From assembly GCA_030390025.1 (NCBI GenBank), contig CM059427.1, positions 152,024,001 through 152,088,000 on the forward strand: DNA of 64,000 bases, read 5' to 3'. Positions 24,691 through 37,439 of this stretch are shown here, in pieces. The translations under genes and the position numbers were made by a program. Under the pieces are notes generated by a model. The model saw nothing but the letters and a program-made list of their open reading frames with translations, was not told the DNA's origin and ran no database searches. This stretch comes from Squalus acanthias (taxonomy: Eukaryota). How positions within the stretch are numbered: the first letter of the stretch is position 1; every line of letters begins with the position of its first letter.

Positions 24691-26144
24691 TAGCTTTTAC
24701 CCTATCTTATCAATTCGTATTATCTGATGAGTGAAGGCCAATTATGGGACACTTAAAACAGTCGAGGAATGGGAAGATTGCTGGAATTATGTCAGGTAAC
24801 TTTGTAAAATTGTTAGAATTGCCCCATGGTTTTCTTGTTTGTAGTTGCTTGTCCTGTTTGTATGTGGAGGGTATGCTTCATTTAAAAAAAAAAACTAATC
24901 TCAAATCATACCTCTCTCTGACTTGAATGTTTTCATATCCGTTTGACACACTTAAACATACCAACACCTAATAGCATCTTGGATTCTACAAGCACAGCAT
25001 ATAGATTGGGAATTTGCACTTGCAAATTCAAATGGTCATTAATTCCATAGAAGCAGAACTCTTGTAGTTAGTATTTCAAATTGACAGTGCAAAGAAAGCA
25101 ACTTGTATTTATATAATTCATGCCTAATCATGTCTTCAGGATGTCACAAAGCTCTTCATAACTAACTAACTTCAAACCTAGTTTGTTAAAACAGTTTCAA
25201 AATGTAATTTCGAGGAGGCTGCAGTGTTTGTTATGTATAAACTGCCACACTGGGAGTGTTACGACTGAAATCTGCAATATAACTGAAGTGAAATCCACAA
25301 ACGTGTAATCTTGATGCAAGTAAGAGTAAATCAGGTCAATCCTTTTTGTTTGCTGTGCACTGCTCTTTATGGATTCTACTATATTCAAACAAATACGGAA
25401 GTAAATCTCAAAATTTCCAATCAAACAAAAGGCATGGAATTGCATATTTTTGATTTGTCTTGGATAACATTCCATCGATTTGGGAAAACCTCAGTGCATT
25501 TTTTAATCGTGGTTGACAGCAGTTGGAATGAAGTTTCCAGAGCGCTCAGTCCATTTTTATTGCTCAAATTCTGCCACCAGAGGATGCTAATGAGTTTTAT
25601 AAAGACTTTTAAGATGTATGGAATTATTGGTAAATTAGCTAATAGTGTTGAAAGTTTGCTTAGCGATGGGAAGTAGCTGGCAATACTGGAAAAAGCTCAA
25701 GTTGGAGGGCAGTGATTCTACCAGGTACTGTTCCAGGACCTCTGCTGTTACTGCTAGAAGTGTTGTGAAAAGGAATAAATCAAATGAAATTTGCTGCTAT
25801 GCAGCTGGTCAGATTGTTAAAGGTTGAACAACAAGGGATCTGAACCAATTAAATGGCAGAATAATGGTATGAGAAATGGATTTCTAATGTACATTAATGT
25901 AATGTTTTACATTGGAGCAAGAAACCGGGATCGTTAACTTATTTGTAATCCTCCTTGCATTAACACACACTCATTCCAACACCAGGTTACTCAGCTTTGC
26001 TTTTTTCCTCCATCTAATTCCTGCTCTTTCTGCACTATTCTTTATTCTGTTACTGTTTGTCCCTCTGAGATTTCTATGCACCTTGTCTCCTCTCTGCTGC
26101 TTTGTTTATTTGCAGATAAATTACTAAATAATTTGTTTCTTTAG

Positions 26145-26390
26145 TGGCCTTAGTTAAGGGATAAATATTGGCCAGGACTCTGGGAAGAACTACTTCTCCA
26201 AGTAGTGCCATGGGATGATCTTATCCACCTGATGTGGCATCTGAAAGAGAGCACCTCTGATGGTGCAGTACTCCCTCTGTACTGCATTGGAGTGTCAGCC
26301 TAGATGATATGCTAAAGTCTCGAGTGAGGCTTGAATGTACGACCTTCTGACTCGTATGCCAGCAATGTTAGCACTGAGTCAAGGCTGAGA
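26145..26390 (-). mobile_element. Deu-domain SINE (SacSINE1/LmeSINE1/AmnSINE1-related)
   Basis: Reverse strand reads tRNA-like head, then ggctgacactccaatgcagtacagagggagtactgcacc..., atcccatggcactac..., gtcctggccaatatttatccc. This matches my recollection of the DeuSINE core. Confidence 0.7.
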
Positions 26391-26473
26391 CCCAAGTACA
26401 GATATTATAGGATAACTGCTGTGTGGAACTTAAACTGTTAGGGCCATTTAAATATCATGCTAATAATCAAGGT

Positions 26474-29290
26474 GAACATAAGAACATAAATAGGAGCAGG
26501 AATAGGCCACTTGGCCCCTCGAGCCTGCTTCGCTATTCAATAAGATCATGGCTGATCTTGGGCTCAAAGCCACTTTCCCGCTCGCTCCCCATAACCCTTC
26601 ACTCCCTTATCTTGCAAAAATCTGTCTATCTCCACCTTAAATGTATTTAATGACCCAGCTTCCACAGATTTACGACCCTCAGAAGAAATTCCTCCTCCTC
26701 TCAGTTCTAAAAGGGCGACCTTTTATTCTAAAACTGCCCCCGCGTTCTAGATTTCCCCACGAGGGGAGACATCCTCTCTGCATCTACCTTGTCGAGCCCC
26801 CTCAGTATCTTATGTTTCAATAAGATCACCTCGCATTCTTCTAAATTCCAATGAGTATAGGCCCAGCCTGCTCAACCTTTCCTCATAACTCAACCCCCTC
26901 ATCTCTGGAATTAACCTAGTGAATCGTCTCTGAACTGCCTCCAATGCAAGTATATCCTTAAATAAGGAGACCAAAACTGTACGCAGTACTCAAGGTGTGG
27001 TCTCACCAATACCCTGTACAGTTGTAGCAGAACTTCCCTGCTTTTATACTCCAACCCCTTTGAAATAAAGGCCAACATTCCATTTGCCTTTTTGATTGCT
27101 TGCTGTACCTGCATGCTAACCTTTTGTGTTTCATGCACAAGGACCCCCAGGTCCCCCTGAACTGTAGCATTGTGTAATCTCTCTCCATTTAAATAATTTG
27201 CTTTTTTATTTTTCCTGCCAAAGTGGATAACCTCGCACATTCCCACGTTATACACCATCTGCCAAATGTTTGCCCACTCACTTAGCCTGTCTATATCCCT
27301 TTCCAGATTCTGAGTGCTCTGCACAACTTGCTTTCCCACCCATCTTTGTATCATCCGCAAACTTGGCTACATTACACTTGGTCCCTTCATCCAAGTCATT
27401 AATGTAGATTGTAAATAGTTGAGGCCCCAGCACCGATCCCTGTGGCACCCCACTAGTTACCGTTTGCCAACTGGAAAATGACCCATTTATCCCGACTTTC
27501 TGCTTTCTGTTAGTTAGCCAATTCTCTCTCCATGCGAATATATTACCCCCAATTCCGTGAGCTCTTATCTTATGCAGTAATCTTTTATGTGGCACCTTAT
27601 TGAATACCTTCTGGAAATCCAAATACACCACATCCACTGGTTCACCTTTGTCCACCCTGCTCGTTACCTCCTCGAAGAACTCCAGCAAGCTTGTTAAACA
27701 TGATTTCCCTTTCATAAAACCATGCTGACTCTGCTTGACTGCATTATGATTTTCCAAATGCCCTGCTACTGCTTCCTTTAATGAAGGACTCCAGCATTTT
27801 CCCAATGACAGATGTTAGGCTAATTGGTCTATAGTTTCCTGCTTTGTCTCCCGCCTTTCTTAAATAGGGGTGTTACATTTACGGTTTTCCAATCTGCTGG
27901 GACCTCTCCAGAGTCCAGGGAATTTTGGTATATTGCAACCAATGCATCCACTATCTCTGCAGCCACTTCTTTTAAGACCCTGGGATGCAGGCCATCTGGT
28001 CCAGGGGACTTATTATCTTTTAGTCCCATTATTTCCTTAGTGATAGTGATTGTCTTTAGTTCCCCCCCTTCCTGTGGCCCCTTGATTATCCATTATTGGG
28101 ATGTTGTTCATGTCTTCTACCGTGAAGACAGATACAAAATATTTGTTCAGAGTCTCTGCCATTTCCCTGTTCCACATTGTTAATTCCCCAGTCTCATCCT
28201 CTAAGGGGCCAACATTTACTTTAGCTACCCTCTTTTTTTATATACCTGTAAAAGCTCTTACTATCTGTTTTAATGTTTCTTGCCAGTTTACTCTCATAAT
28301 TCATCTCTTTTTTTAGTCATCCTTTGCTGGTTTTTAAAAATTTCCCAATCCTCTGGTCTCCCACCAATCTTGGCAACATTGTATGCCTTCATTTTCAATT
28401 TGATACCATCCTTTAATTCCTTAGTTAGCCACGGATGGTGCTCCCTTCTCTTAAAATCTATCTTTCTCTCTGGAATATATTTTTGTTGAGAGTTATGAAA
28501 TATCTCAAATTTCAACTGTCTTACCCTTTCATTTATTTTTCCAGTCCACTTTAGCCAGTTCTGCCCTCATGCCACTGTAATTGCCTTTGTTTAAGATCAG
28601 GACACTGGTTTGAGAGACAACTTTCTCACCCTCCAACTGAATTTGAAATTCAACCATGCTATGATTAGTCTTTTAGAGGATCCTTTACTATGAGATCACT
28701 TATTAATTCTGTCTCATTACATAGTACCAGATCCAAGATAGCCTGCTCCCTGGTTGGTTCCATTACATACTGTTCTAGGAAACCATCCCAGATGCACTCT
28801 ATGAACTCCTCCTCAAGGCTACCATGGCCAATTTGATTTGTCCAATCAATATGGAGATTAAAATCACCCATGATTATTACCATACCTTTTTAACAGGCCT
28901 CCATTATTTGTTTTATACTCTGTCCAACAGCATTGCTACTGTTCGGGGGCCTGTAGACTATGCCCACCAGAGACTTTTCCCCTTTATTATTTTTTATCTC
29001 CACCCAAACCGATTCTACATCTTGATCTTCTGAGCCAATATCACTTCTCACCACTGCACTGATCCCATCCTTTACCAACAAAGCCCCCCCACCTCCTTTT
29101 CCTTTCTGTCTGTCCTTCTGAATTGTCAAATACCCTGGAATATTCAGTTCCCAGCCCTGGTCACCTTGCAGCCACGTCTCAGTAATGGCGATCGGATCAT
29201 ACCCATTTGTGCCGTCAACTCATCTATCTTGTTACGAATGCTGCGTGCATTCAGATATAGAGCTTTTAACTTTGTCTTTTTACCATTTCT
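26474..29290 (-). mobile_element. CR1 LINE family B, near-complete but decayed ORF2 (APE + RT)
   Basis: Starts near YLNARSIRNKIDEL (~29257). Contains GIVYRPPNS, MGDFN, KSPGPDGLHPRVLKE, PQGSVLGP and KFADDTK. Tail gaacataagaacataa. Closely similar to 3248-4789. Confidence 0.93.
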
Positions 29291-29479
29291 CCTTGTTTTG
29301 GATGAGAGAGTCTAGAATTTTTCACTTACTTTACTTCTGGGGATAAGAGAAGTGTTGCCTTGTGATTAAATGTATGGAGGCGTCTGATATATAGTCCGTG
29401 GAAAGAACTGGCCTGTTGTCAAATAGCCTTTTTCTATTCCATGCTTATCTTCAATCTCCAGGGTAGTTTTCAGAAATGT

Positions 29480-30000
29480 TGCATAAGAAAGCATGGAATG
29501 AGAAAATGCTATTCATCCCATTGAGCCTGCATCATCTTCAGATCATGAAATGTTTTGAGGGAAAGTTCTGTGTAAATACTTAGATTACCAAAGATAATCA
29601 TAACAGTGGAATACTTATCCCCACACTTCCGATATCTATCTAACTCTGTCCTTCTGCCTTTCATTTTATAGTTTTCCAATCCTGCTCCAAATCAGGCATT
29701 AAAAAAAAAGCCCTCTCTTTGAAACCTGTGGTTTTTACGGTGCATACATGTATATCTATGCCTTTCACCTTTTTAAAGACTTGGATCATGTTTTCCCTCA
29801 ATTTTTCCCCCCCAGTGTAAACCAGTTCAGCTCTGCGTTTCCATCAACCTGAGGCTCCAAGCCCCAGAACTGTCGGTCACTCTTTCCTGAATTGTGCCTA
29901 ATAAGTCGATGTACTTTTGAAAGCATGTTATCCAAAACTGAACATACAATTCTAAATGTGGCCTTACCAATGATTTACAGTTTCACTGAATGCTCATAAC
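29480..30000 (-). mobile_element. Highly decayed CR1 3' fragment
   Basis: 'ccaaaactgaacatacaattctaaatgtggccttacca' is the reverse of the VRPHLE(Y)CVQFW motif. Confidence 0.55.
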
Positions 30001-32059
30001 TAGCTGCTGCAATAAAGGTTTCTAGCTAAAAGTTCCTGGCTGTAATTGTTAATTGTCCACAGTCTGCTTAACTACCTGAGTGATTTTAACTTGGGCTGCG
30101 TTTAGACTGGAATTAAATGTAGTGCTGATGTGAAGCAGTTCATATATTGTGTACGTATGCAGTTTTTTTTTGCCCATTTTGTCTTTTCTAGATTGATTAA
30201 AGCTAGGTTTTATTTTTAAAGTGCCTATTTCATTACATCATTCATCATTTTCAAAACAAGATGCCTTTCATTCCTGTGTCATGGTGCTAAAAATTAAGCC
30301 CTTGGGTTGATTTTCATTAAGTCTTCAAGAAAAATGACTTGGAGTTTACAACCCATTCCCCCTCCCTGTTTTATTGAACATAAGTTTGGGGTTTCTGGTT
30401 ATATGAAGATTGGCCAACATAGTGGATTTATCCACTAGTCAAATTATCTGAAATTCTTCTAATTTTGGATTGTAGGGATTGTGTTTTTCCACCTCGCAGT
30501 GGAGTGAAAACTTGAGCACTGGTGCATTGACTAGAACAACGGGGCAATCACCAGTCTTAATTGTGGATACAGAATTTTACAATGGACAAAGATTACTGCT
30601 TCAGTTATTGCTTCGGTATCAATTTGATATATATATTGGATGCCACCTTGTGAAATTAATTGTATGTTTAAAATAAGCATGTTAGCAACTAAACTTTGCA
30701 CTTACTATGTACCTGCACCACCAATCTTTTAGTCTAGGTGGCGCTCACAGATAAACTTTGAAAGACTATCCCTAACAACAGTGTCCAAAGTATAATATTT
30801 TTTTTCTCCTTTCTAAACTCTAAACATTGTTTTCAGAGGATTGTTGCTCTTTGGAGGGCAGATGCATACATATCTGCTGATTTTTACCACGCTATTTTCA
30901 ACAGTGGTGACATAACAAAAACTTTGTCAAATACATTTCACAAGAACAGACTTAGTTCCTGCTTTAAAATAGCGTTCTGTTTCATTCTTTAAATGTCAAC
31001 TGGTGAAAATGCTAGTCTTTTAGGATTCTAAATTCCAAATGTAGTTACTTTTGTCAAACTAATTTACAGATGTTCACTTTGTACCTTGACAGTATTGCAG
31101 TTCCAGTAACATTAAAACTCAAACTGCAATCCGATCTGATCAGTTTTATGCTGAAGATAAACCGTAGACATGCATTATGGTAGATGCACTCCATGATGAT
31201 TATGGAGTTTCTTTGTCAGACACCAATCAGTATTTCTTTTTTGTAGCTGCATGACTTTTCCCCTTTACACTCTCCTTTTGATAGCACTGCAAGTTAAACA
31301 AAAACTGTAAATTAATTGTAAATTATCACCAGTGTAGTAATTTACAGTATTATAAATACTTTTACTTGTTGCAAGATCCCAATTTCACAACGTTGACCAT
31401 TATTTAACAGCATTTAATGTTCTGTTCCAAAGTCAATTTATAAAAACTGATTTGAGATTTTAGAACAGAGCATCTTTGCACATGAAAGTGAATTTTGCAT
31501 GTTTTTTCATATGAAAGACAGTAGTACAGAAAATTGTTTGTGGCAAGAATCCGTCTTGTGACTATTGATGCATTGTAGTTGGGTCACTGAGATCTCACCT
31601 ATACAATACATCTATCATTTTGAGAATAGTTTTCTGCTTTCTGCTTCTAGTTCCACATCTGTTTTTAGCTGAGCTTCTAAAGAAAGCATTATAACTATTG
31701 TGTGTATCCATCCTGTAGGACATGCCCATTCCAAGATTATTTGGCAGTGTACACATTTGTTTAAAATCTATTTTTGGAAATGGTCAAAACTTCATTCTAA
31801 CTAGTAACAATCAGGTATTAATTAGGAAATTTAGTTTCATTATCTGAGCCATCATTTTTAGTGTCAATTTTGTGATAGGTTGGCCATGTATCTTAAAAAA
31901 TAAAAAATAAAAAATTGTACCAGGTATGAATTTCACCATTTGCCGTTGGTGTTAGAATGCTTAGTGAATGTTATTTTCTTTTACTTGAGATTGGGATAGA
32001 TTTTTCAAAACTGTCCAGTTTACTTAAATGTTGCAACTAAATTTATCGATTGGCATGAT

Positions 32060-32495
32060 AATTTATGATACCAGGGATGGGGAACTTCAGTTATGTGGCG
32101 GGGCTAGAGAAGCTGAGATTGATCTCCTTTAGAGCAGAGAAGGTTAATTGAGGCATTCAAAATTATGAGGTGTTGGGGTAGTGGAAAGGGAGAAACCGTT
32201 TCCATTGGCAGGAGGGTCAGTAACCAGAGGACACAGATTTAAGATAATTGCCGAAAGAACCAGGGGAGATGAGTTTTTTATGCACCGTGTAAGAATCTAT
32301 GATCTGGAATGCACTGCCTGAAAAGGTGCTTGATACAGATTCAATAGTAACTTTCAAAAAGAAATTGGATAAGTGCTTGAAAAGGAGAAAGTTGCAGGGT
32401 TATGGAGAAAGATCAGGGGAGTGGGACTAATTGGATAGCTCTTTGAGCGTAGGCACGATGGGCCGAATGGCCTCCTTTGGTGCTATATGACTGAC
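32060..32495 (+). mobile_element. CR1 LINE 3' fragment
   Basis: LEQRRL, IWNALPEKV and FKKKLDK motifs; tail gggccgaatggcctcc. Confidence 0.82.
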
Positions 32496-33969
32496 TAAAT
32501 TTGTTTATACTGCACAGCTATTTGTTTACAGATCGGTAACAAATACTGCAATTTTTTTTTTCAATCTATAGTTCAAAAGCTAAGACACGATGCATGCAAC
32601 ATTTTGGTACAAATGTATTTTTTGTAGGTCTAGCAAAAGGCTTTTTTTAAAAAAAAACCTCTTTAAAATTCACTATTGCCCATTAAACTTCAACCCATAA
32701 CCTGCAACTTTCAATGTTCTTTAACTTAACAGGATAGCTATAAAAATGGCTTATTTGTAGTAATTTCAGCCAATTTTTCCAAATTCTAAATGTTTGTGAA
32801 ACAGGGCTACACAAGCAAGCTAAACTGCAATATTAATTGTGACAGCTAGTGTTCAATTGTTGGCTTTAGTTGTGCTGGTGTACTCCAGTGGCATTGCACA
32901 CAGGGAGTCTAGATAGCGTGTATCTTCAGGTGAAGTATGGTTGGAGGGCAGGGCAAAATTGCACCAGGACATGTTGACATAATTCAGTCCCCATTTTAAA
33001 GTCATATGTTCTGTCCTTATTTTAATATTTCCATCAAATTCCAATGCCCACTTTTATAATGGAAACTGCCAATGTAAACTTGTCACACTGTCATTATGCC
33101 CTCCTACCAGTGGAGGCACTGCAGTACCACCACTGACAGGAGGCTGTAATTAGTGTGACAAGTTTACATAGGCATAAATATGGACATAATTTATAATGGA
33201 AAAGCTGACAGTACATGCAGACATAAGATGTTGTAGGTTTTTCAACCGAAGTTAATGCTATACTAAAGTTAAATAAAAATTTTAAATGCTGTACCAAGAA
33301 ATAACTTAATTACAGTTTCCTGGGTGGGATTTTCATGGCAAGTTGCCTCCTCTCAATCAGTATTTGCTTTTGGGGTGGGGAGAGCAAAGAAAGAGAATTT
33401 CAAAATGTTGCCAAATTTAAGCACAAATCTAGTATTTGCTGCTTTTATATTATGGAACTATTTCTCACGGAAGCAGTTCTATAATTGAGCTTCCATTACC
33501 AAATTGCATTGTTTGTTCTGCAGGGCAGATTCCGCAACAACTTGGCAATTGTGTAGCTTTATCATCTGGCCAGATGTAGTTCTATACAGGTCAAGAGTGA
33601 CGAATATACTGGCCCGTATGGTTGGGCTGGAAGTTCAGACCCCTGGCTAGAATCAAGATGGTGGACCTGACGCAGGTGCTGCAGGCAGAAGCCATTCAGC
33701 TTTGCTGATGGCACCCCAAAAAACCTCTCCCAAAGAGAATTTCACTGCCTCTGATAGCGAGCGTTGGGTCGTTTACACTACAGGATTGCCTCCGGCAATA
33801 CCAGTTATATTTAAATAGCGCCCACCTCCCCAGACCTGTCTTTTCAGAAAGCCAGCATCAAGGTCTGAATGTTCCTGAGCTGATGGAACTATTCAAAGTG
33901 TAAAGAAATGGTAAATGCTCTTGATTCTATTTCTGCTTTTTGAAACTGATTTTTGGCTTTCACAAATAA

Positions 33970-34370
33970 GGGAACGGTAGCATAGTGGTTACTGAACTAG
34001 TAATCCAGAAGCCTGGACTAATGATCCGGACACAAGTTCAAATCCCACCACGGCAGCTGGGGAATTGAAATTCAGTTAAATTAAATCTGGAATTTAAAAA
34101 AAGCTAGTATCAGTAATAGTGACCATGAAACTACCGGATTGTCATAAAAACCCATCTGGTTCACTAATGTCCTTTTTAGGGAAGGAAATCTGCCATCCTT
34201 TTCTGGTCTGGCCTATATGTAACTCCAGACCCACAGCAATGTGATTAACTCTTAACTACCCTCTGAAATAGTGGCTCACCTTCTCAAGGGCAATTAGGGA
34301 TGAGCAATAAATGCTGGCCTTGCTGGCAATGCCCACATCCCATGAACGAATATAAATATTAAAAAAAAAA
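33970..34370 (+). mobile_element. tRNA-derived SINE made of the family A 5' head (~290 nt) joined to the family A 3' tail
   Basis: 33970-34270 aligns by eye with 875-1165 (A box TAGCATAGTGG, B box AGTTCAAATCC). 34270-34350 aligns with 5372-5455. Ends in an A-rich tail. Confidence 0.9.
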
Positions 34371-34449
34371 TACAGATATCTATTACTCAAAGGGGAAAAA
34401 CTTGAAAGAAAATCGTAGTTTGATTTGCCCCAGAATTCTGGAAATAAAA

Positions 34450-34760
34450 TTTTTCAGTCTTGGGTTGAAGCTCCACACCAGAAATCTGATTTGCTAAACT
34501 GATACATTAGTGGAGTGCTTCTTTGTTGGCGACACGATCCTTTGGATGATGTATTAAGCTGGTGTATTAAGTCTGTTCTTGTGGTGCGGCTGGACATTAA
34601 AGTACCTATGGCATTTTTTAAAGAAAAGTTGGGAGTTCTTCCTGTGTTGCACTGCCAAAAATAAATTCATAGGTTGTTCTTCTCATTGCTGTTTGTGGGA
34701 TCTTGGTCTGTGCAAAATGATTGCTGTTTTTGTCGACATAACAGCAACACATTACAGAAG
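34450..34760 (+). mobile_element. Decayed Deu-domain SINE
   Basis: Motifs 'ctggacattaaagtacctatggca', 'gggagttcttcc' and 'ctcattgctgtttgtgggatcttg...tgtgcaaaatg'. Confidence 0.6.
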
Positions 34761-34779
34761 TCTGTTTCGTTTGTTCTAT

Positions 34780-35085
34780 CCCCTCCCCAAATCCAATTTC
34801 CTCTTGCCCTTCCTGTCCTGAAGATAGTGAATGATGTTGGATATTGTTCTACTGATGCTATTTCTCTTGTGTTCCTGGACAGATGCTGTGGGGCACTGCA
34901 ATCTCCCCTCATTCATTGTCCACATGCAAACTTCCAGCAGCGGTCACTGGATAGCAATCAGGCCCTGGAACACGAGCCGTTTTTCTTCTTTTCCCAATTC
35001 TAGCCCGAGGATACTTGAATCCATCTGCCGTGTCCCACCAACTCCCCATCAGCTACCTCAACACAGACCAGTAATTGACCCCAAT
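34780..35085 (-). mobile_element. AmnSINE2-like SINE copy (tentative name)
   Basis: 'ttccagcagcggtcactggatagcaatcagg' and 'cagctacctcaacacagaccag' match the 23400 and 41290 copies. Confidence 0.55.
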
Positions 35086-36948
35086 CTTTGATTTTGTTTT
35101 GTCTTCTGATCCATTTGGCCATTGAGCTTTGAGGGGTCTTTAAATTTAAAATACAGTCTAATAATGAGAACCCACAATTTAAAAGCTCTATCAAGGAAAC
35201 TATTGAGGGTTTTCATTTGCTGTCCACTAATTACTCTGCCGGTCAGGAATGAGCATTATCCATTCACAGGTGCAGTTTTCACAGAGCTGCATTTTAGACC
35301 TTGAGTAAAAAATATGATGAACATATCTATAACATTAACTGTTTATCTTGCATTTCCATTAGACGCTATTGGCAGATCTGTCAACTGTGTAAACTGGAAA
35401 AAGATTTTGTTTCTCCACAAGAATGGAGTGGAGGAAACAGTACAGCAGGTGGAGTAAAGACTCTACGAAGCAATTTTTAAAACGCTTTCTAGAGGTTGGT
35501 AGAGATTTTAGATGAACATAGATTTAATGCATTAAGAAAATTGCAATATAAGAATAAGTGAAAATTAAACAAAATAAGATTTGTTGGGTAATTTTTAAAT
35601 TTGCATTTTCAGAGAGCACCACTTGCCAGCTATATGTCTGTGATTTCTCAGTATTAATGCTGATGGCCGAGGTAGCACAAAATTAGACCTTATTGTATTC
35701 ATCAATGTAATTAAGTTGAGGCCTGAGAACTGATGTTTTCTCTTTGTACTGATCGGTATTGAATACTCCCAAATCAGGTGTAACGTGAGCTGGATGCAGG
35801 GTAAAGCACCCTGTATGTTCCCAAGCATACGTTAATACCAATGTAAGAAGAGCAGACCTAACTAGCCCAGTAACATGTTCATTTCCCACATGAGTTATCT
35901 TTGTGGCTTATCTGTGAGGCATCCAATTTTGTGCTAAATTACAGGCACTCGTGCTGTGCACTTGATCAATCAGTGTGTTGGTTCCATTTGAGTTGATTTC
36001 AGAATCCTTGTTTCTGAATCTCTATTTGATGTTGGAAATTTTGTACAATTTGAGGTGTGGAGGGAGAATTCATGGCAAACTAGGGAAGCCTTCACCCAAC
36101 TGAAGCGTTGGGTTCTGGTGTGCTTTACTTCTTAACAATCAAATTGCGTGAAGGAGAGAATGCAGATTACAGCTGATTTATGAATCACTGATCTAATGCA
36201 GATATTTGAACTTGGGGTTTTAAACTGCAGTGATTTTAATTAGGAACCTTGCCCATGGCATAGAGAAATTAATCTCATGGGCGGATTTCAACACAGATCT
36301 GAGGTGGAGAAGACATGAGTCTGATGTCTTCACTGTATTTCTCCGGTATACTACTCTACAGCATGTTTACAAGCCATTTAACAAAGCAAATTACATATAT
36401 TAACTCAAGACACTAGTTTGGCCTTTATCATCGCAGATATAGTACATTTTATAGAATTTTATTTTCAAGCCACTTAGTAAAGGGGGCAGCATAGTACTGT
36501 ACTATAAAATCAATGTTACTTGGAATTTGTGAAATCTCTAGTTAATATTTTGTGGATCTGTCTTCTAAAGCACGTTCCATTTCCTACGCCACATTCTTCA
36601 GCTCTTTCTGGTGCCTGGTAATCCTTGCTTCCTGCCTGCCCCTCTACACCATTTGCTCATGCCTGCTTACTGTGACTGTGCCCACTCTAGCTCTTGCTCT
36701 CTTGTATTCTTAGGTAGAGTGACTGCATTTGAGTGCAGGGGGTGTAGCAGGTAATGGTAGGCGTGAGCCTAGGCTGGTGGGCATCAGCATGGAGAAGGAT
36801 AAAAGAATGGTCGGATAGCATCCACATCCCTTTTTGTATTGTTGTAGAACTTTTTTTGTCTATATTTGCGGTCTGCAACCTTTTTTTATTTTCCTGCACA
36901 CTCCTGACTTTTATGATGTCATATCCGGGTCTCCTTTCTCCGTTCTCT

Positions 36949-36949
<1 letters not shown>

Positions 36950-36982
<33 letters not shown>
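36950..36982. repeat. C33 homopolymer (G33 on the LRRTM2 strand)
   Basis: Direct count. Confidence 0.95.
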
Positions 36983-37409
36983 ACACCAAAAATTTCAGAT
37001 GATTCCCACATGCTGTCATTCTTGGATGGGCGGCACTTTAAGTTAATAAAATTTATATCAATTAAAAATTACAGTGGGTTGATTGCACAGTATATTTCTG
37101 TAACATGTTAATTTGTCAGCTGGAACACGACTGCATTTCTGTATTTTTCTGTAATTTGGTTGAAGTCCCAGCAATAGCTTATTCCTTGAATCTAGCCAAT
37201 TGAGCATTGCTGTATGTGTTTGCTTAATGTAGCATTCCATGTGGATACGGTGCCAATTTACTAAACTGCAGCTAAATTTGTTTTACGTGGCAATATTTTT
37301 AACTATCAACTTACTGCAAGGTGTTCCTACTGAAAAGTATGAAGTGCAGATTAGCTGTAACATTTTATGATCCCTTGATCATGGTACTTGACCTTTTTAA
37401 ATGTATCTT

Positions 37410-37439
37410 TTTATTCAAGGTTGAAGAGCAAAATTTATT
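37410..37439 (-). terminator. Candidate LRRTM2 polyadenylation signals (two AATAAA)
   Basis: TTTATT on + at 37410-37415 and 37434-37439, about 0.72-0.75 kb past the stop; another at 38046-38051. Which site is used cannot be determined from sequence. Confidence 0.35.

Noticed and set aside
36687-37046. Poly-Pro and poly-Gly ORFs
   Set aside because: Produced by the C33 homopolymer.
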